A stretch of DNA of 21,124 nt. Origin: Hormoscilla sp. Lineage in GTDB: Bacteria > Cyanobacteriota > Cyanobacteriia > Cyanobacteriales > Desertifilaceae. A program made the position numbers and the translations under genes. A model generated the notes under the pieces. It was given only the letters and a program-made list of their open reading frames with translations, did not search any database and had not been told where the DNA came from. Positions 1 through 9,289 of the stretch are shown here, piece after piece. The DNA is taken from assembly GCA_051439505.1 (NCBI GenBank), contig JBFRWI010000173.1, positions 1 to 21,124 on the forward strand. Direction: 5' to 3'. Positions within the stretch are counted from its first letter, which is position 1. Every line of letters begins with the position of its first letter.

Positions 1-702
1 GTGGGCAAAGGTCTGACATTTGACTCTGGCGGTTATAATCTGAAGGTTGGCGGTAGCGGCATTGAAACCATGAAGATCGACATGGGCGGTGCTGGCGCTA
101 CCCTCGGTGCGGCAAAAGCTATTGGTCAGCTCAAACCTGATGTGGAGGTTCACTTCATTTCAGCGGCGACTGAGAACATGATTAGCGGTCATGGAATGCA
201 TCCAGGTGACATTCTTAAAGCTTCTAATGGCAAGACCATCGAAGTTAACAACACAGATGCGGAAGGGCGTCTAACTCTAGCAGATGCTTTGGTGTTTGCT
301 GAAAAGCTGGAACTCGATGCTATTGTGGATCTGGCTACCCTGACAGGTGCCTGTGTGGTGGCTTTGGGCAATGATATTGGCGGGATGTGGAGTACAGAGG
401 AGATTTTAGCGCAAGAGCTGAGTAAAGCCGCTGAAATTGCTGGTGAGAAATTCTGGCGCATGCCCATGGAGGAAAAGTATTTTGAAGGCATGAAATCCGT
501 GGTTGCTGATATGAAAAATACTGGCCCCCGTCCGGGAGGTTCGATTACGGCAGCCCTGTTTTTGAAACAATTTGTTAAGGATACTCCTTGGGTGCATTTA
601 GACATCGCTGGACCAGTTTGGACCGATAAGGAAAATGGCTACAATGGAGTTGGTGCTACGGGTTTTCCAGTACGGACTCTGGTAAATTGGGTGATGGGGT
701 GA
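1..702 (+). CDS. pepA: Leucyl aminopeptidase (M17 family), C-terminal part; 5' end lies outside the window
   Basis: M17 motifs [35 protein letters not shown] and WVHLDIAG. The ORF is open at base 1 and stops at TGA 700-702. Confidence 0.96.
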   Translation: MGKGLTFDSGGYNLKVGGSGIETMKIDMGGAGATLGAAKAIGQLKPDVEVHFISAATENMISGHGMHPGDILKASNGKTIEVNNTDAEGRLTLADALVFAEKLELDAIVDLATLTGACVVALGNDIGGMWSTEEILAQELSKAAEIAGEKFWRMPMEEKYFEGMKSVVADMKNTGPRPGGSITAALFLKQFVKDTPWVHLDIAGPVWTDKENGYNGVGATGFPVRTLVNWVMG

Positions 703-720
703 TGGCTGATTGGTAAGAGC

Positions 721-736
721 GGGGGCGATCGCCCCC
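721..736. repeat. Perfect 16-bp palindrome built on HIP1 (GGGGGCGATCGCCCCC) just after the pepA stop
   Basis: Read directly. HIP1 GCGATCGC occurs many more times in the window (e.g. 4927, 5311, 6823, 6848, 7922, 8181, 9631, 9728, 14181, 16446). Confidence 0.8.
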
Positions 737-852
737 TCGGCTGGCAAAGGAACTCCAGCAAGCTAACAAACATAAAAATTTCCCGGTGCCAGATCCCGAT
801 TTCGGTGGCAAAATAGTAAATAAGCCCAATCGCAACCAGAATCCATCGGCCT

Positions 853-2520
853 ATGAATAACCTACCAGACTTCTCCAGCCACAACTATCAAGTCGAACGG
901 GAACTGGGGCAAAATCGCACCTGCGGTCGCGTTACCTACCTGGCACGTGAAGTCCCCATCTCCTCAGAAACACCGCTGGCACTGGCCCCGAGAGGCGATC
1001 GTGCTGACGCTGTGGTGATCAAGCAGTTCAATTTTGCTCAAACAGTCTCTAGCTGGTCGGACTACGACGCCTACGAGCAAGAAATTCGGGTGCTGCAACA
1101 ACTCAATCATCCCAGCATTCCCCGCTATCTAGATTCTTTCGCCACCCCAACGGGTTTCTGTATGGTGCAGGAATACAAGCAAGCACCCTCTTTAGCCGAA
1201 CCTTACCCCTGGACCCCCCAGGAAATTAAGCAGATTGGCTGTGCTATCCTAGAGCTATTGATTTACTTACAATCACTGAACCCTCCCATCATCCATCAAG
1301 ATATTAAACCGGAAAATATCCTGGTCGATCGTTGGCAAAATCTGAAAGTTTACCTGGTGGATTTTGGTTTTGCTCGCAATGGCGGAGCTGAAGTGGCCGC
1401 CAGCAGCGCTGTCAAAGGCACTTTAGGATTTATGCCTCCAGAAAAGCTGTTTAATCGCCAGTTGACGGCAGCATCGGACCTCTACAGTCTGGGCGCCACC
1501 CTGATCTGCTTGCTGACTAACACCAAATCAACGGAAATCGGCAATTTAGTTGATGGGTCTTTTCGGATCAACTTCAAGCATCTGGTGCCAAGGGTAAATC
1601 GTCAGTTTATTCGCTGGCTGGAAAAAATGACGGCACCTAACCCCAAACATCGCTTTGCTAATGCCGCAACGGCCCTGGCAGCACTGCGACCTATTGATGT
1701 TGTCGGTCTAGGTACTTCCCGAGGCATACTAGCCAACAGCCTCCAATTCTCTACTGGAGCAGCAGTAGTGGGACTGGCCACCCTGGGTAGTTTATCCCTT
1801 CTGGGTCGAACTCCGATGCTGTTGCGAAACGAACCTGCTTTATATGAAACCCGACTGCAAGTTCACAACATCCAACAACATCACAGGCATCTGCCAAGCT
1901 CGGGAAATAGCCATCACCAGTTGCTAGACAATCGTCAATGCAGCAAATGCGATCTCAGAGGTGCTAATCTCGCAAATATGAAACTCGCAGGTGCTAACCT
2001 CGCAGGTGCCAATCTCGCAGGTGCTAATCTGCGAGGCGCTGACCTTGCAGGTGCCAACCTGCGGGGTGCCGATCTGGGTTCGGCCTCTCTTACAGGTGCG
2101 GATCTGGGAAATGCTAACCTCCAAGGAGCGGATCTGGGAAATGCTGACCTCCGAGGCGCTTACCTCCGACATGCTAACCTAAGCTCTGCCTACCTAGAAG
2201 ATGCCTATCTCAAGCATGCTGACTTAGGGGATGCCCGATTGGGAGGTGCCAACCTGGAGGGGGCGCGTCTGGAGGGTGCTAAACTAGGACGTACACAGCT
2301 GGGGAATGCCGATCTCTCTGGCGCCGACCTGCGGGGTGCTGACCTCAAGCGAGCTAATCTCGCGAATGCCGATCTCAAGGGTGCTGACCTCCGGCATGCC
2401 CATCTATGGGGCGCTCATCTGCGGGGCGCTAATCTCGAAGATGCCTACCTCCGGGGTGCCGATCTCGAAGGTGCTCGTATCAAAGGTGCCATCATGCCCA
2501 ATGGTCATATCCACCCCTAG
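853..2520 (+). CDS. Pkn2-type Ser/Thr protein kinase with a C-terminal pentapeptide-repeat domain
   Basis: VVIK lysine, HQDIKPEN catalytic loop, DFG, GTLGFMPPE and SDLYSLG. These are followed by a hydrophobic stretch (GAAVVGLATLGSLSLLG), a CSKC cap and a long run of A(D/N)LxG pentapeptides ending in AIMPNG. Confidence 0.93.
   Translation: MNNLPDFSSHNYQVERELGQNRTCGRVTYLAREVPISSETPLALAPRGDRADAVVIKQFNFAQTVSSWSDYDAYEQEIRVLQQLNHPSIPRYLDSFATPTGFCMVQEYKQAPSLAEPYPWTPQEIKQIGCAILELLIYLQSLNPPIIHQDIKPENILVDRWQNLKVYLVDFGFARNGGAEVAASSAVKGTLGFMPPEKLFNRQLTAASDLYSLGATLICLLTNTKSTEIGNLVDGSFRINFKHLVPRVNRQFIRWLEKMTAPNPKHRFANAATALAALRPIDVVGLGTSRGILANSLQFSTGAAVVGLATLGSLSLLGRTPMLLRNEPALYETRLQVHNIQQHHRHLPSSGNSHHQLLDNRQCSKCDLRGANLANMKLAGANLAGANLAGANLRGADLAGANLRGADLGSASLTGADLGNANLQGADLGNADLRGAYLRHANLSSAYLEDAYLKHADLGDARLGGANLEGARLEGAKLGRTQLGNADLSGADLRGADLKRANLANADLKGADLRHAHLWGAHLRGANLEDAYLRGADLEGARIKGAIMPNGHIHP
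1951..2490 (+). repeat. Pentapeptide-repeat coding tract (15-bp period)
   Basis: Repeated GC(T/C)(A/G)A(T/C)CT codon units encoding A[DN]Lxx. Confidence 0.9.
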
Positions 2521-2575
2521 AGTGAGTGACCGGCGATCTCAAATACTGATAATTGTCCGTAATCATCACTTCATT

Positions 2576-2626
2576 GTGACGCTTGAGCGTCAACAACCAA
2601 ACAGAATTACGCTCAAGCGCCACTAC
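2576..2626 (-). repeat. REP-like inverted repeat with GTAG foot; possible terminator between convergent genes
   Basis: GTGACGCTTGAGCGT (2576-2590) pairs with ACGCTCAAGCGCCAC (2609-2623) with 1 mismatch. CTAC at 2623-2626 reads GTAG on the minus strand. Confidence 0.7.
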
Positions 2627-2722
2627 AAACCATTCTGGAAAATTGACCAATTGTTAATTAGCTAATTGCTAAGAGCATCTATATAGCCAGGGAGTTAACA
2701 ACGTTCCAACTGCACCTGCTCC

Positions 2723-2744
2723 TGGTGGGCGGTGCCCACCCTAC
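2723..2744 (-). repeat. GTAG-family REP-like hairpin (GTAGGGTGGGCACCGCCCACCA)
   Basis: GGTGGGC-GGT-GCCCACC stem plus GTAG tetranucleotide. A near-identical copy lies at 8427-8448. Confidence 0.8.
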
Positions 2745-2763
2745 AATACTAACAATTAACCAA

Positions 2764-3831
2764 TCACTTTTGTTCTGGATGATCTAATGCTGTCCGAACA
2801 GTTCCCATCTGATTTATCTTGGCAATCATCTGATACAAGCGTCCAAAATTACGCTGATTAAAATGTAAAACTAGGCGGGGTAACTCAAAGGTATCGTCTT
2901 GAGATTCTGCGGGTAAGGCTTTACTTTTTTCTATGGTTCCCGAGACGAGAATGTCGCCAAACTCAACATTTAACTGCTCAATATCGGCATCTTTGAGTTC
3001 TTCTTTGAGCCGGATGACTAATTTTTCTTTCACATAGCGGCTGGAGTGAAAGACGCGGTAAAAATGACTTATAGTCTCACAGGCGACATCCAATTTATCT
3101 GTAATCTTATACAAGCTTAAATCTTCGGGACTAATTAAACCCCTGCGTAATAGATGTTCTCGCACGTAGGCATCCCAATGCAGCCAGTAGTCTCCTCCGG
3201 GTTTGTCTATTAATACTAATGGTACGGGTCCATATTTACCAGTTTGGCATAATGTCAGGCTTTCAAAAGTTTCATCCTGAGTGCCCAAACCACCAGGAAA
3301 TAAGGCTAAGGCATCGCTTTCTCGCAGGAAAAATAACTTGCGGGTGAAAAAATATTTGAAATCGATTAACTTATCCCCTGCTATAAAAGGATTCGCATTC
3401 TGTTCAAATGGCATCTGGATATTCAAACCAAAAGATTTTTCTGGTCCTGCGCCAACATTGCCCGCCTCCATTATCCCCCCACCAGCACCGGTCATAACCA
3501 TAAACCCTTGCTGGGTGACGCGCCGAGCAAAGTCGATCGCGATCTGATATTCTGGGCTATCTGACGGCAGGCGGGCGGAACCAAACATGGTGATTTTGCG
3601 TACATGCCGATAGGGATAAAATATTTGAAACCCTCGCTCCAGGTCTTGCATGGATGCTGTGAGGATTTTCCAATCCAACCGGTCGATTTCGGAGCCAGCC
3701 ATCTGCACCAGGGTGACTAGGGCCTGCTGGATCCATTTGCCATGCTGTAAGTAAGGCAACTGGTTAATTAATTGGGCCACATCCTCCTGGAGAGATGCCA
3801 GTTCCTGAGAATTAGATGATGATTTTACCAT
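2764..3831 (-). CDS. LOG family protein (Rossmann-fold nucleotide monophosphate nucleosidase-like)
   Basis: FGSAR, TGAGGGIMEA, FKYFFTRK and PGGLGTQDETFE (PGGxGTxxE signature). Confidence 0.9.
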   Translation of the reverse strand: MVKSSSNSQELASLQEDVAQLINQLPYLQHGKWIQQALVTLVQMAGSEIDRLDWKILTASMQDLERGFQIFYPYRHVRKITMFGSARLPSDSPEYQIAIDFARRVTQQGFMVMTGAGGGIMEAGNVGAGPEKSFGLNIQMPFEQNANPFIAGDKLIDFKYFFTRKLFFLRESDALALFPGGLGTQDETFESLTLCQTGKYGPVPLVLIDKPGGDYWLHWDAYVREHLLRRGLISPEDLSLYKITDKLDVACETISHFYRVFHSSRYVKEKLVIRLKEELKDADIEQLNVEFGDILVSGTIEKSKALPAESQDDTFELPRLVLHFNQRNFGRLYQMIAKINQMGTVRTALDHPEQK

Positions 3832-3957
3832 GCTGTGACAGTTCCGATTTTTCCGGAACGGTGCCGAAAAGCGCCTCGAATGGGCTGTTAAGCTTCAAGG
3901 CGCTTACGCAACTGGGCGAGAGAGAAGCACTCTTGCGGTGGCCGCCGCTGGTGGTAG

Positions 3958-4296
3958 CTACTCTCCATCTTTTTTAAGGTACTTTTCCAAAGTATCCGCC
4001 AGTGTGCTCTTGGGCACAGCACCTACTACCATATCCACTCGTTGACCACCCTTAAAGATCATGAGTGTGGGGATACTGCGGATCCCATACTGGGTAGCGA
4101 TGTTGGGATTATCGTCTGTATTAACTTTAACGACTTTCACCTTTCCGTCGTACTGTTCTGCTATTTCCTCTACCACAGGTGACACCATCCGACATGGTCC
4201 GCACCAAGGAGCCCAAAAATCTACTAAAACGGGAATTTCACTGTCTAGTACGTCTTTCTGAAAGCTAGCGTCTGTAACTTGTGTGGTTGCTGACAT
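3958..4296 (-). CDS. trxA: Thioredoxin (m-type)
   Basis: [11 protein letters not shown] active site and IRSIPT. Start placed at ATG 4296 (MSATTQV) rather than the upstream TTG. Synteny with guaB and Yfr1 is typical of cyanobacteria. Confidence 0.95.
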   Translation of the reverse strand: MSATTQVTDASFQKDVLDSEIPVLVDFWAPWCGPCRMVSPVVEEIAEQYDGKVKVVKVNTDDNPNIATQYGIRSIPTLMIFKGGQRVDMVVGAVPKSTLADTLEKYLKKDGE

Positions 4297-4722
4297 TCCT
4301 GGCAATCCTTTCCTATCTTGTACTTATAAGGTTGATCTTGACATTTCCCTGGATCGAAGGGGCGTGGGTGTTAACCTATAGGCTTTTCCCACTTTAACCT
4401 GTGCGACCGGGAAAACTCAAGCGTCTGATAACACTCTTGACTTTTGTTTGCGCTTGTGGCATCTAGGGTTACTGGCCCGATCGCACATCAGGCCCCAACT
4501 GGATTCTACCGGTGATGGTAGACTCCACAACCACGCTCCCCTTGTTGGGGGCAGCCGCGATCTATTGCCCGAGACAAAGAGACGACATATTGGGTGGGAG
4601 TTTGACTGCCGATAGCTGGAGCGGGACTCCTCTATCTATCGCCATGTTCCTACTTTAGCATAATAAGAGCAAAGTGGTTTATTTAGATCGGCAGCGATCC
4701 CACAGCCGATCGCCCCTAGGCC

Positions 4723-4796
4723 AAAAGAAAGAACCGCCCGAACCGCAGTTCAGACGGAGTGTGGTGTGAGGAGTGAACGGAAACATGCGTCTCCGC
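4723..4796 (-). ncRNA. yfr1: Yfr1 small RNA
   Basis: The minus strand reads GCGGAGAC-GCAT-GTTTCCGT (stem 1), the conserved ACTCCTCACAC motif (+ 4764-4774), then CCGTCTGAAC-TGCG-GTTCGGGCGG followed by a U-rich tail (terminator). It sits between guaB and trxA, the known Yfr1 locus, with a -10 TAACAT at 4804-4809. Confidence 0.93.
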
Positions 4797-4862
4797 TATC
4801 TCTATGTTAGACGACGAATTTGCTTTTGCCCTCGATTCCCTCTATCGGGTCAGCCGGTAAGT

Positions 4863-6026
4863 CTATTTACCCATGCCTAGCTGCTGGGCTTTTTGATAGA
4901 CTTTTCCTTCGGTCAGCAAGGAGGGTGCGATCGCTACCTCTACTTGCTGCATTTCTTTGATATTCTTGGCTCCCAGTGTCCCCATGCTGGTTTTCAAGGC
5001 TCCCAAGAGGTTATGGGTGCCGTCATCCAGTTTTGCCGGACCGGTGAGGATTTCTGCTAAGGTACCAGTTGCGCCGACGCTAATGCGCGTGCCTCGGGGT
5101 AAAACTGGACTGGGGGTGGCCATGCCCCAATGATAACCCCGTCCGGGGGCTTCTTGGGCTCTGGCGAAGGGTGAACCGATCATGACTCCGTCAGCACCGC
5201 AGGCTATGCATTTGCAGATATCACCTCCGGTGATTAATCCACCATCGGCAATGATGGGGATATAGTTGCCAGTTTCCTGGTAATAGGTATCGCGGGCCGC
5301 AGCACAGTCGGCGATCGCTGTTGCTTGGGGTACTCCTATACCCAAGACGCCGCGAGAGGTACAGGCGGCACCAGGCCCTATGCCGATCAGCACTGCTGCT
5401 GCACCGGCTTTCATTAAATTCAGGGCGACTTCATAGGTGACGCAGTTGCCTAAAATCACCGGTATTGGCATTTCCTGACAAAGTTGTACCAAGTCTAGGG
5501 GGGTGACTGACTCGGGGGACAGGTGGGTCGTTGATACTACCGTTGCTTGCACGAAGAATAGATCTGCACCTGCCTCTGCTACTATGGAGCCATATTTGCT
5601 GGCTCCTACTGGTGTGGCGCTGACTGCGGCTATTCCCTGCTGACTTTTGATTTCTTCAATCCGCGCTCGGATTAATTCTGGTTGAATGGGTTCGGCATAT
5701 AGCTGCTGCATCAGGGTGACAAACTCGGTTTTGCCCACAGATGCGATCTTGTCTAGCACTGGTTCTGGATCGGCGTAGCGAGTGTAAATTCCTTCTAAGT
5801 TCAGGACGCCTAAGGCCCCCAACTGAGATAGGGAGACTGCCATTTTTACATCTACTACGCTATCCATGGCGCTGGCGATGATGGGAATTTCTCTGTCAAT
5901 GCCGCCGATGCGCCAGCTGGTGTCTGCTAATGTAGGATCTAAGGTCCGATTTCCCGGCACTAAGGCGATTTCATCGATTCCGTAAGCTCTGCGAGCTGTT
6001 TTGCCCCGCCCTATTTGTATGTCCAC
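4863..6026 (-). CDS. guaB: GuaB3-type IMP dehydrogenase family protein (no CBS domains)
   Basis: PIIASAMD, GIGPGAACTSR (catalytic Cys loop), IADGG and GADGVMIGS. The N-terminus MDIQIGRGKTARRAYGIDEIALVP is typical of cyanobacterial GuaB3. GTG start. Confidence 0.93.
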   Translation of the reverse strand: MDIQIGRGKTARRAYGIDEIALVPGNRTLDPTLADTSWRIGGIDREIPIIASAMDSVVDVKMAVSLSQLGALGVLNLEGIYTRYADPEPVLDKIASVGKTEFVTLMQQLYAEPIQPELIRARIEEIKSQQGIAAVSATPVGASKYGSIVAEAGADLFFVQATVVSTTHLSPESVTPLDLVQLCQEMPIPVILGNCVTYEVALNLMKAGAAAVLIGIGPGAACTSRGVLGIGVPQATAIADCAAARDTYYQETGNYIPIIADGGLITGGDICKCIACGADGVMIGSPFARAQEAPGRGYHWGMATPSPVLPRGTRISVGATGTLAEILTGPAKLDDGTHNLLGALKTSMGTLGAKNIKEMQQVEVAIAPSLLTEGKVYQKAQQLGMGK

Positions 6027-6084
6027 CTTTCTTTTCCCTTCCCAAGAGTATTTTTGCTAGGGTATCAAAGTTAGCGGTCAGTTG

Positions 6085-8022
6085 TCAGTTATTAGCGCTA
6101 TTCCCATCGGAAGGTGATTGAGTCTGTTCTGGCACCTCTTGGGACTCTTGCAATGGTACTGGCGGCGCTGCGGTTGGTGCTGGTGGTTGTGTTGCCGATC
6201 GTGCTTCTGTATCTTCTGGCTGGTTTCCTGTGGCTATTGTATCATTGCTGCGCAGCAGCTGACTTAATCCAGAGAGCAATGCCCCCAGTTTTCCTTCTTC
6301 CAGTAAGGTGTCAATTAAGGCTAATCCACTGGTTGACAGTAGCATTTTGTTGATTTCCCCGGCGCTATTGCCATTATTGGCTCCTGGGAAGGAGTATATT
6401 CTGGTATCCCCCAATACTCCGGGTTGCGGTGCTAATGCCTTGACTATTTCTGGTAATTGGGGGGCGATCGAGGGCCAGATTTCCCCGATCAGTTTAGCAG
6501 ATAGCTTGGCATCGTCGAGGGCGTTTTCCGCTTCAAAAACTGCTTGCTTTCCTTCCGCTTCTGCTAGGGCTTTGTCTCGATTCGCTTGTGCTAGAGTACG
6601 GATGGATTCTGCTTCGAGATCTGCTGCTTGGCGGGCGATTTCTGCTTGCCGTTTGCGCCGGAATACATCGAGTTCTACCACGTTTTGTTCCGAGATCCGG
6701 CGCTGTTGGGCCTCCTGTTCCGCTGCTATTACGGCAAGACGCTGTTCCCGTTCGGCTTTTTCCACTTCTGTCGCTGTCATGACTGCTGCTTCTGCTTGGG
6801 CCCGTTCTGCTTCGGAATTTAAGCGATCGCGTTCTTTTTCGGCTATGGCGATCGCGGCTTCTTCCTGAGCAATTTTTGACTCCCGTTCCGCTTCAGCGAC
6901 TGCCACCTGGGCTTTCAGGCGCGATGCATCAATGGTTTGCTGGCGATTAATTTCGGCAACTTCTGCTTCCTGTTTCTGCAATGTTTGGGCAACTTTCAAT
7001 TGCTTATTGCGCTCTTCTAAGGCAATGTTGGCATCTATTTGACTCTGTTGTACTGCCAACTGCTGTTTTATCTTTTCTTCTTCAACCGCTTTGTCCTGCA
7101 AAATCTTATTTCGCGCTACCTTTGCTGTTTCTTGGTCCTTCGATTCTTGAATTTCCCGTTCTCGCTGGGCCGTGAGGGACTCCACTTCTAGCTTCTGAGC
7201 TAGTTTCGCTTCTTCGGTCTCTTTGGCGATCCGCAAACTCTGCTTTTGGGCGTCCAGTTCCCGCTGCTCGATCGTTACCTGGGTTTTCAGTTCCACTTCC
7301 CGCTTTTGCTGGATGGATTTTTGGATGGTTTCCGTGCGCAGGCGCACCCCTTGGGCATCGAAGAAGTTATTTTCGTCGTAGGTATCGCTTTCTTCGATTT
7401 CAGAAATGGCAATGTTGTTGAGGGTCAAGCCGACTTTTTTCAAGTCTTGCTGAATTAAGTTTAACACTTCATCGGCAAATCCTAATTTGTCGGAATCAAT
7501 TTCTGCTAAACTCTTCTTTTTCGCCGCCGCCCGAATGGCATCGTCAGCCCGTTTTTCCAAGGCATCTTTGATATCTGTTGCCGAAATTTGTCCTTGTTTA
7601 GACAGTCTAGCTGCTGCGGTTAAAACATCTTGTTCCTTGGCATTAATGCAGACGTAAAAGGTGACTCGCATATTGGCCCGCAGGTAGTCTTGGGTGCGGA
7701 CGGCGAGTTTTCCTGTCCGTTCCACGTCAATGGAAATTTCTCGCAAGGGTACGCGGGTGATTTCGTGAAACCCGGGCAGCACTATGCAACCGCCATTCAG
7801 CACTACCATTTTCTTCTTGATAAATACGCCGCCTGTCCTCAAGAAGGCTTCGTTGTTGGGGGTTATTTTATAAACCCGGGTGTAGGCGAAAATGCTGAAC
7901 AGCAGTAAAATGACTACTGCGGCGATCGCCCCCGGGAAAAAGAGTATTCCCGGGCTTAACTGACCGATGGTTGGCTGTATTGGTGTTGGTGGGACTGTTT
8001 GGGCTATGTAGGATTTGGTCAT
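6085..8022 (-). CDS. Flotillin/SPFH (band 7) family protein, YqiK-like
   Basis: N-terminal TM helix, SPFH domain (NEAFLRTGG, VRTQDYLRA, NNFFDAQG), a long Ala/Glu/Gln-rich coiled coil and a Pro-rich tail. A YqiJ-like partner lies upstream. Confidence 0.9.
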   Translation of the reverse strand: MTKSYIAQTVPPTPIQPTIGQLSPGILFFPGAIAAVVILLLFSIFAYTRVYKITPNNEAFLRTGGVFIKKKMVVLNGGCIVLPGFHEITRVPLREISIDVERTGKLAVRTQDYLRANMRVTFYVCINAKEQDVLTAAARLSKQGQISATDIKDALEKRADDAIRAAAKKKSLAEIDSDKLGFADEVLNLIQQDLKKVGLTLNNIAISEIEESDTYDENNFFDAQGVRLRTETIQKSIQQKREVELKTQVTIEQRELDAQKQSLRIAKETEEAKLAQKLEVESLTAQREREIQESKDQETAKVARNKILQDKAVEEEKIKQQLAVQQSQIDANIALEERNKQLKVAQTLQKQEAEVAEINRQQTIDASRLKAQVAVAEAERESKIAQEEAAIAIAEKERDRLNSEAERAQAEAAVMTATEVEKAEREQRLAVIAAEQEAQQRRISEQNVVELDVFRRKRQAEIARQAADLEAESIRTLAQANRDKALAEAEGKQAVFEAENALDDAKLSAKLIGEIWPSIAPQLPEIVKALAPQPGVLGDTRIYSFPGANNGNSAGEINKMLLSTSGLALIDTLLEEGKLGALLSGLSQLLRSNDTIATGNQPEDTEARSATQPPAPTAAPPVPLQESQEVPEQTQSPSDGNSANN

Positions 8023-8048
8023 GGGTCAAGGGATTTATGCACGACAAC

Positions 8049-8060
8049 TCTATGTTAGCA
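8049..8060 (-). promoter_or_regulatory. Putative extended -10 element (TGCTAACATAGA) for the flotillin gene
   Basis: TGn-TAACAT about 27 nt upstream of the ATG. An identical 12-mer lies upstream of yqiJ-like (9290-9301). Confidence 0.5.
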
Positions 8061-8069
8061 TCTCCCCCT

Positions 8070-8139
8070 GCCGCCGCACCCTCAAGCCGCCGCACCCTCA
8101 AGGGTGCGGCTACATATACAAAGCCCGCCTGCGCGGGCT
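8070..8139. repeat. Double-hairpin REP-like element with an internal 16-bp tandem duplication
   Basis: GCCGCCGCACCCTCAA x2 (8070-8101). Stem GCCGCACCCT/AGGGTGCGGC (8089-8110) is followed by TAC (GTAG on minus). Second stem AGCCCGC/GCGGGCT (8122-8139). Confidence 0.75.
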
Positions 8140-8202
8140 GAACTTACATACATACATGCCTACTTTTTCGCCCGCCATGGGCGATCGCACCCCACGGACG
8201 TG

Positions 8203-8237
8203 AGTTCGGAGTTCGTAGTTCGTAGTTCGTAGTTAGG
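8203..8237. repeat. STRR-type heptamer tandem repeat (AGTTCGT)x5
   Basis: AGTTCGG AGTTCGT AGTTCGT AGTTCGT AGTTAGG. Confidence 0.85.
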
Positions 8238-8266
8238 GTGCATCCTTCTGCGGCGCAAATCTATCT

Positions 8267-8336
8267 GTAGGGGCGAAGCATTTGGGCGACAATATAAGCC
8301 ATAAATTGACAAATGGACTATCCAAATGCTTCGCCC
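8267..8336 (+). repeat. GTAG-footed long inverted repeat (REP/REPIN-like)
   Basis: GTAG, then a perfect 15-bp inverted repeat GGGCGAAGCATTTGG (8271-8285) / CCAAATGCTTCGCCC (8322-8336) with a 36-nt spacer. Confidence 0.8.
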
Positions 8337-8426
8337 ACCGCGTAGTGCAGTGTACCCCGTTGTTTTGGGGTTATAGCAGTTCTCGTGGTCTTGCACCAGT
8401 TGGAAAAAAAATACCACACCCACGAA

Positions 8427-8448
8427 TGGTGGGCGATGCCCACCCTAC
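8427..8448 (-). repeat. GTAG-family REP-like hairpin, second copy
   Basis: TGGTGGGCGATGCCCACCCTAC, one mismatch to 2723-2744. Confidence 0.8.
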
Positions 8449-8453
8449 TAAGC

Positions 8454-8485
8454 AATTCAAAATTCAAAATTCATAATTCAAAATT
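8454..8485. repeat. STRR-type heptamer tandem repeat (AATTCAA)x4.5
   Basis: AATTCAA AATTCAA AATTCAT AATTCAA AATT. Confidence 0.85.
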
Positions 8486-8611
8486 GGGAAAGCCTTTGAG
8501 AGTAAGGATCGCAGCAGATCGACATATGCAATTTAAATGCGCGACAGCTTAGGCAACTGTCTTTTAGTGCATGATGTTCTCTGACTATAGCAGATCCCGA
8601 GAGACATGTTC

Positions 8612-9265
8612 TCACAATTCTTGCCATCTTTCTTGGTCTATACTATCCTGGGCAATTACTAAGTAGCCCGACCCAGACCGATCGACTACAATTACGTTTT
8701 GGCCGCGACGGGGGATAACTGTGGCCCAGTCTGGCAACCGGGCGTCGATCGTCACTAGGTTGCGTGCTGGATCTATGACATCTACTTGCCCGATCGCCCC
8801 TTGACTTTCTTTAGGAATGGTGCTAGTGCTAACTGTACCGATGCAACCGATCAGGCGATCGGGGCTAGTATCTTCTCCAAAGGAGGCGAAGATTTTCCCC
8901 AAGGGTCGAGATATCAAACTCCCGGCCCACAGACTGAGGACCATGGACCCGACAAACACCGCAGTTGCTAACAAACCACTAGGGTTACCCAAAGCTACGT
9001 TCAGCATCCACCCCAAGACTCCCCAAAAGCTGAAGTCTATTGCTAATAGCAAAATCAAGGGGGCTTTACCAATACCTAACCATCCTAGCACTTCTAAGGG
9101 ACTGAAGTCACCACCAGCATCTACATCCATATCGGTATCCATATCTATGTCACTGTCCAGATCGAGGTCATCGTCTCCTCCTCCTGCAAAAATGACGATC
9201 GCCGCACATAGCACTCCTATTGAGAGAAAAATCCAGTATGGTAAGTTGGATGGGTCAAACAGCAT
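8612..9265 (-). CDS. YqiJ/NfeD-like membrane protein with C-terminal OB-fold (flotillin partner)
   Basis: Three hydrophobic segments, an acidic (D-x)n linker, LGWLGIGKAPL and a C-terminal LIGCIGTV...GQVDVID beta domain. It lies directly upstream of the flotillin gene on the same strand. Confidence 0.85.
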   Translation of the reverse strand: MLFDPSNLPYWIFLSIGVLCAAIVIFAGGGDDDLDLDSDIDMDTDMDVDAGGDFSPLEVLGWLGIGKAPLILLLAIDFSFWGVLGWMLNVALGNPSGLLATAVFVGSMVLSLWAGSLISRPLGKIFASFGEDTSPDRLIGCIGTVSTSTIPKESQGAIGQVDVIDPARNLVTIDARLPDWATVIPRRGQNVIVVDRSGSGYLVIAQDSIDQERWQEL

Positions 9266-9289
9266 AGATGGAATAGTAGTAAATCTAAT

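Noticed and set aside
189..884. Minus-strand ORFs 189-605, 406-597 and 639-884
   Set aside because: Antisense to pepA and the kinase start, with no recognisable motifs.
6114..7908. Multiple plus-strand ORFs (e.g. 6308-6868, 186 aa)
   Set aside because: Shadows antisense to the flotillin gene, with composition mirroring its codons.
7868..8476. Short ORFs in the flotillin-yqiJ spacer
   Set aside because: They are translations of REP and STRR repeats (e.g. YELRTTNSEL).
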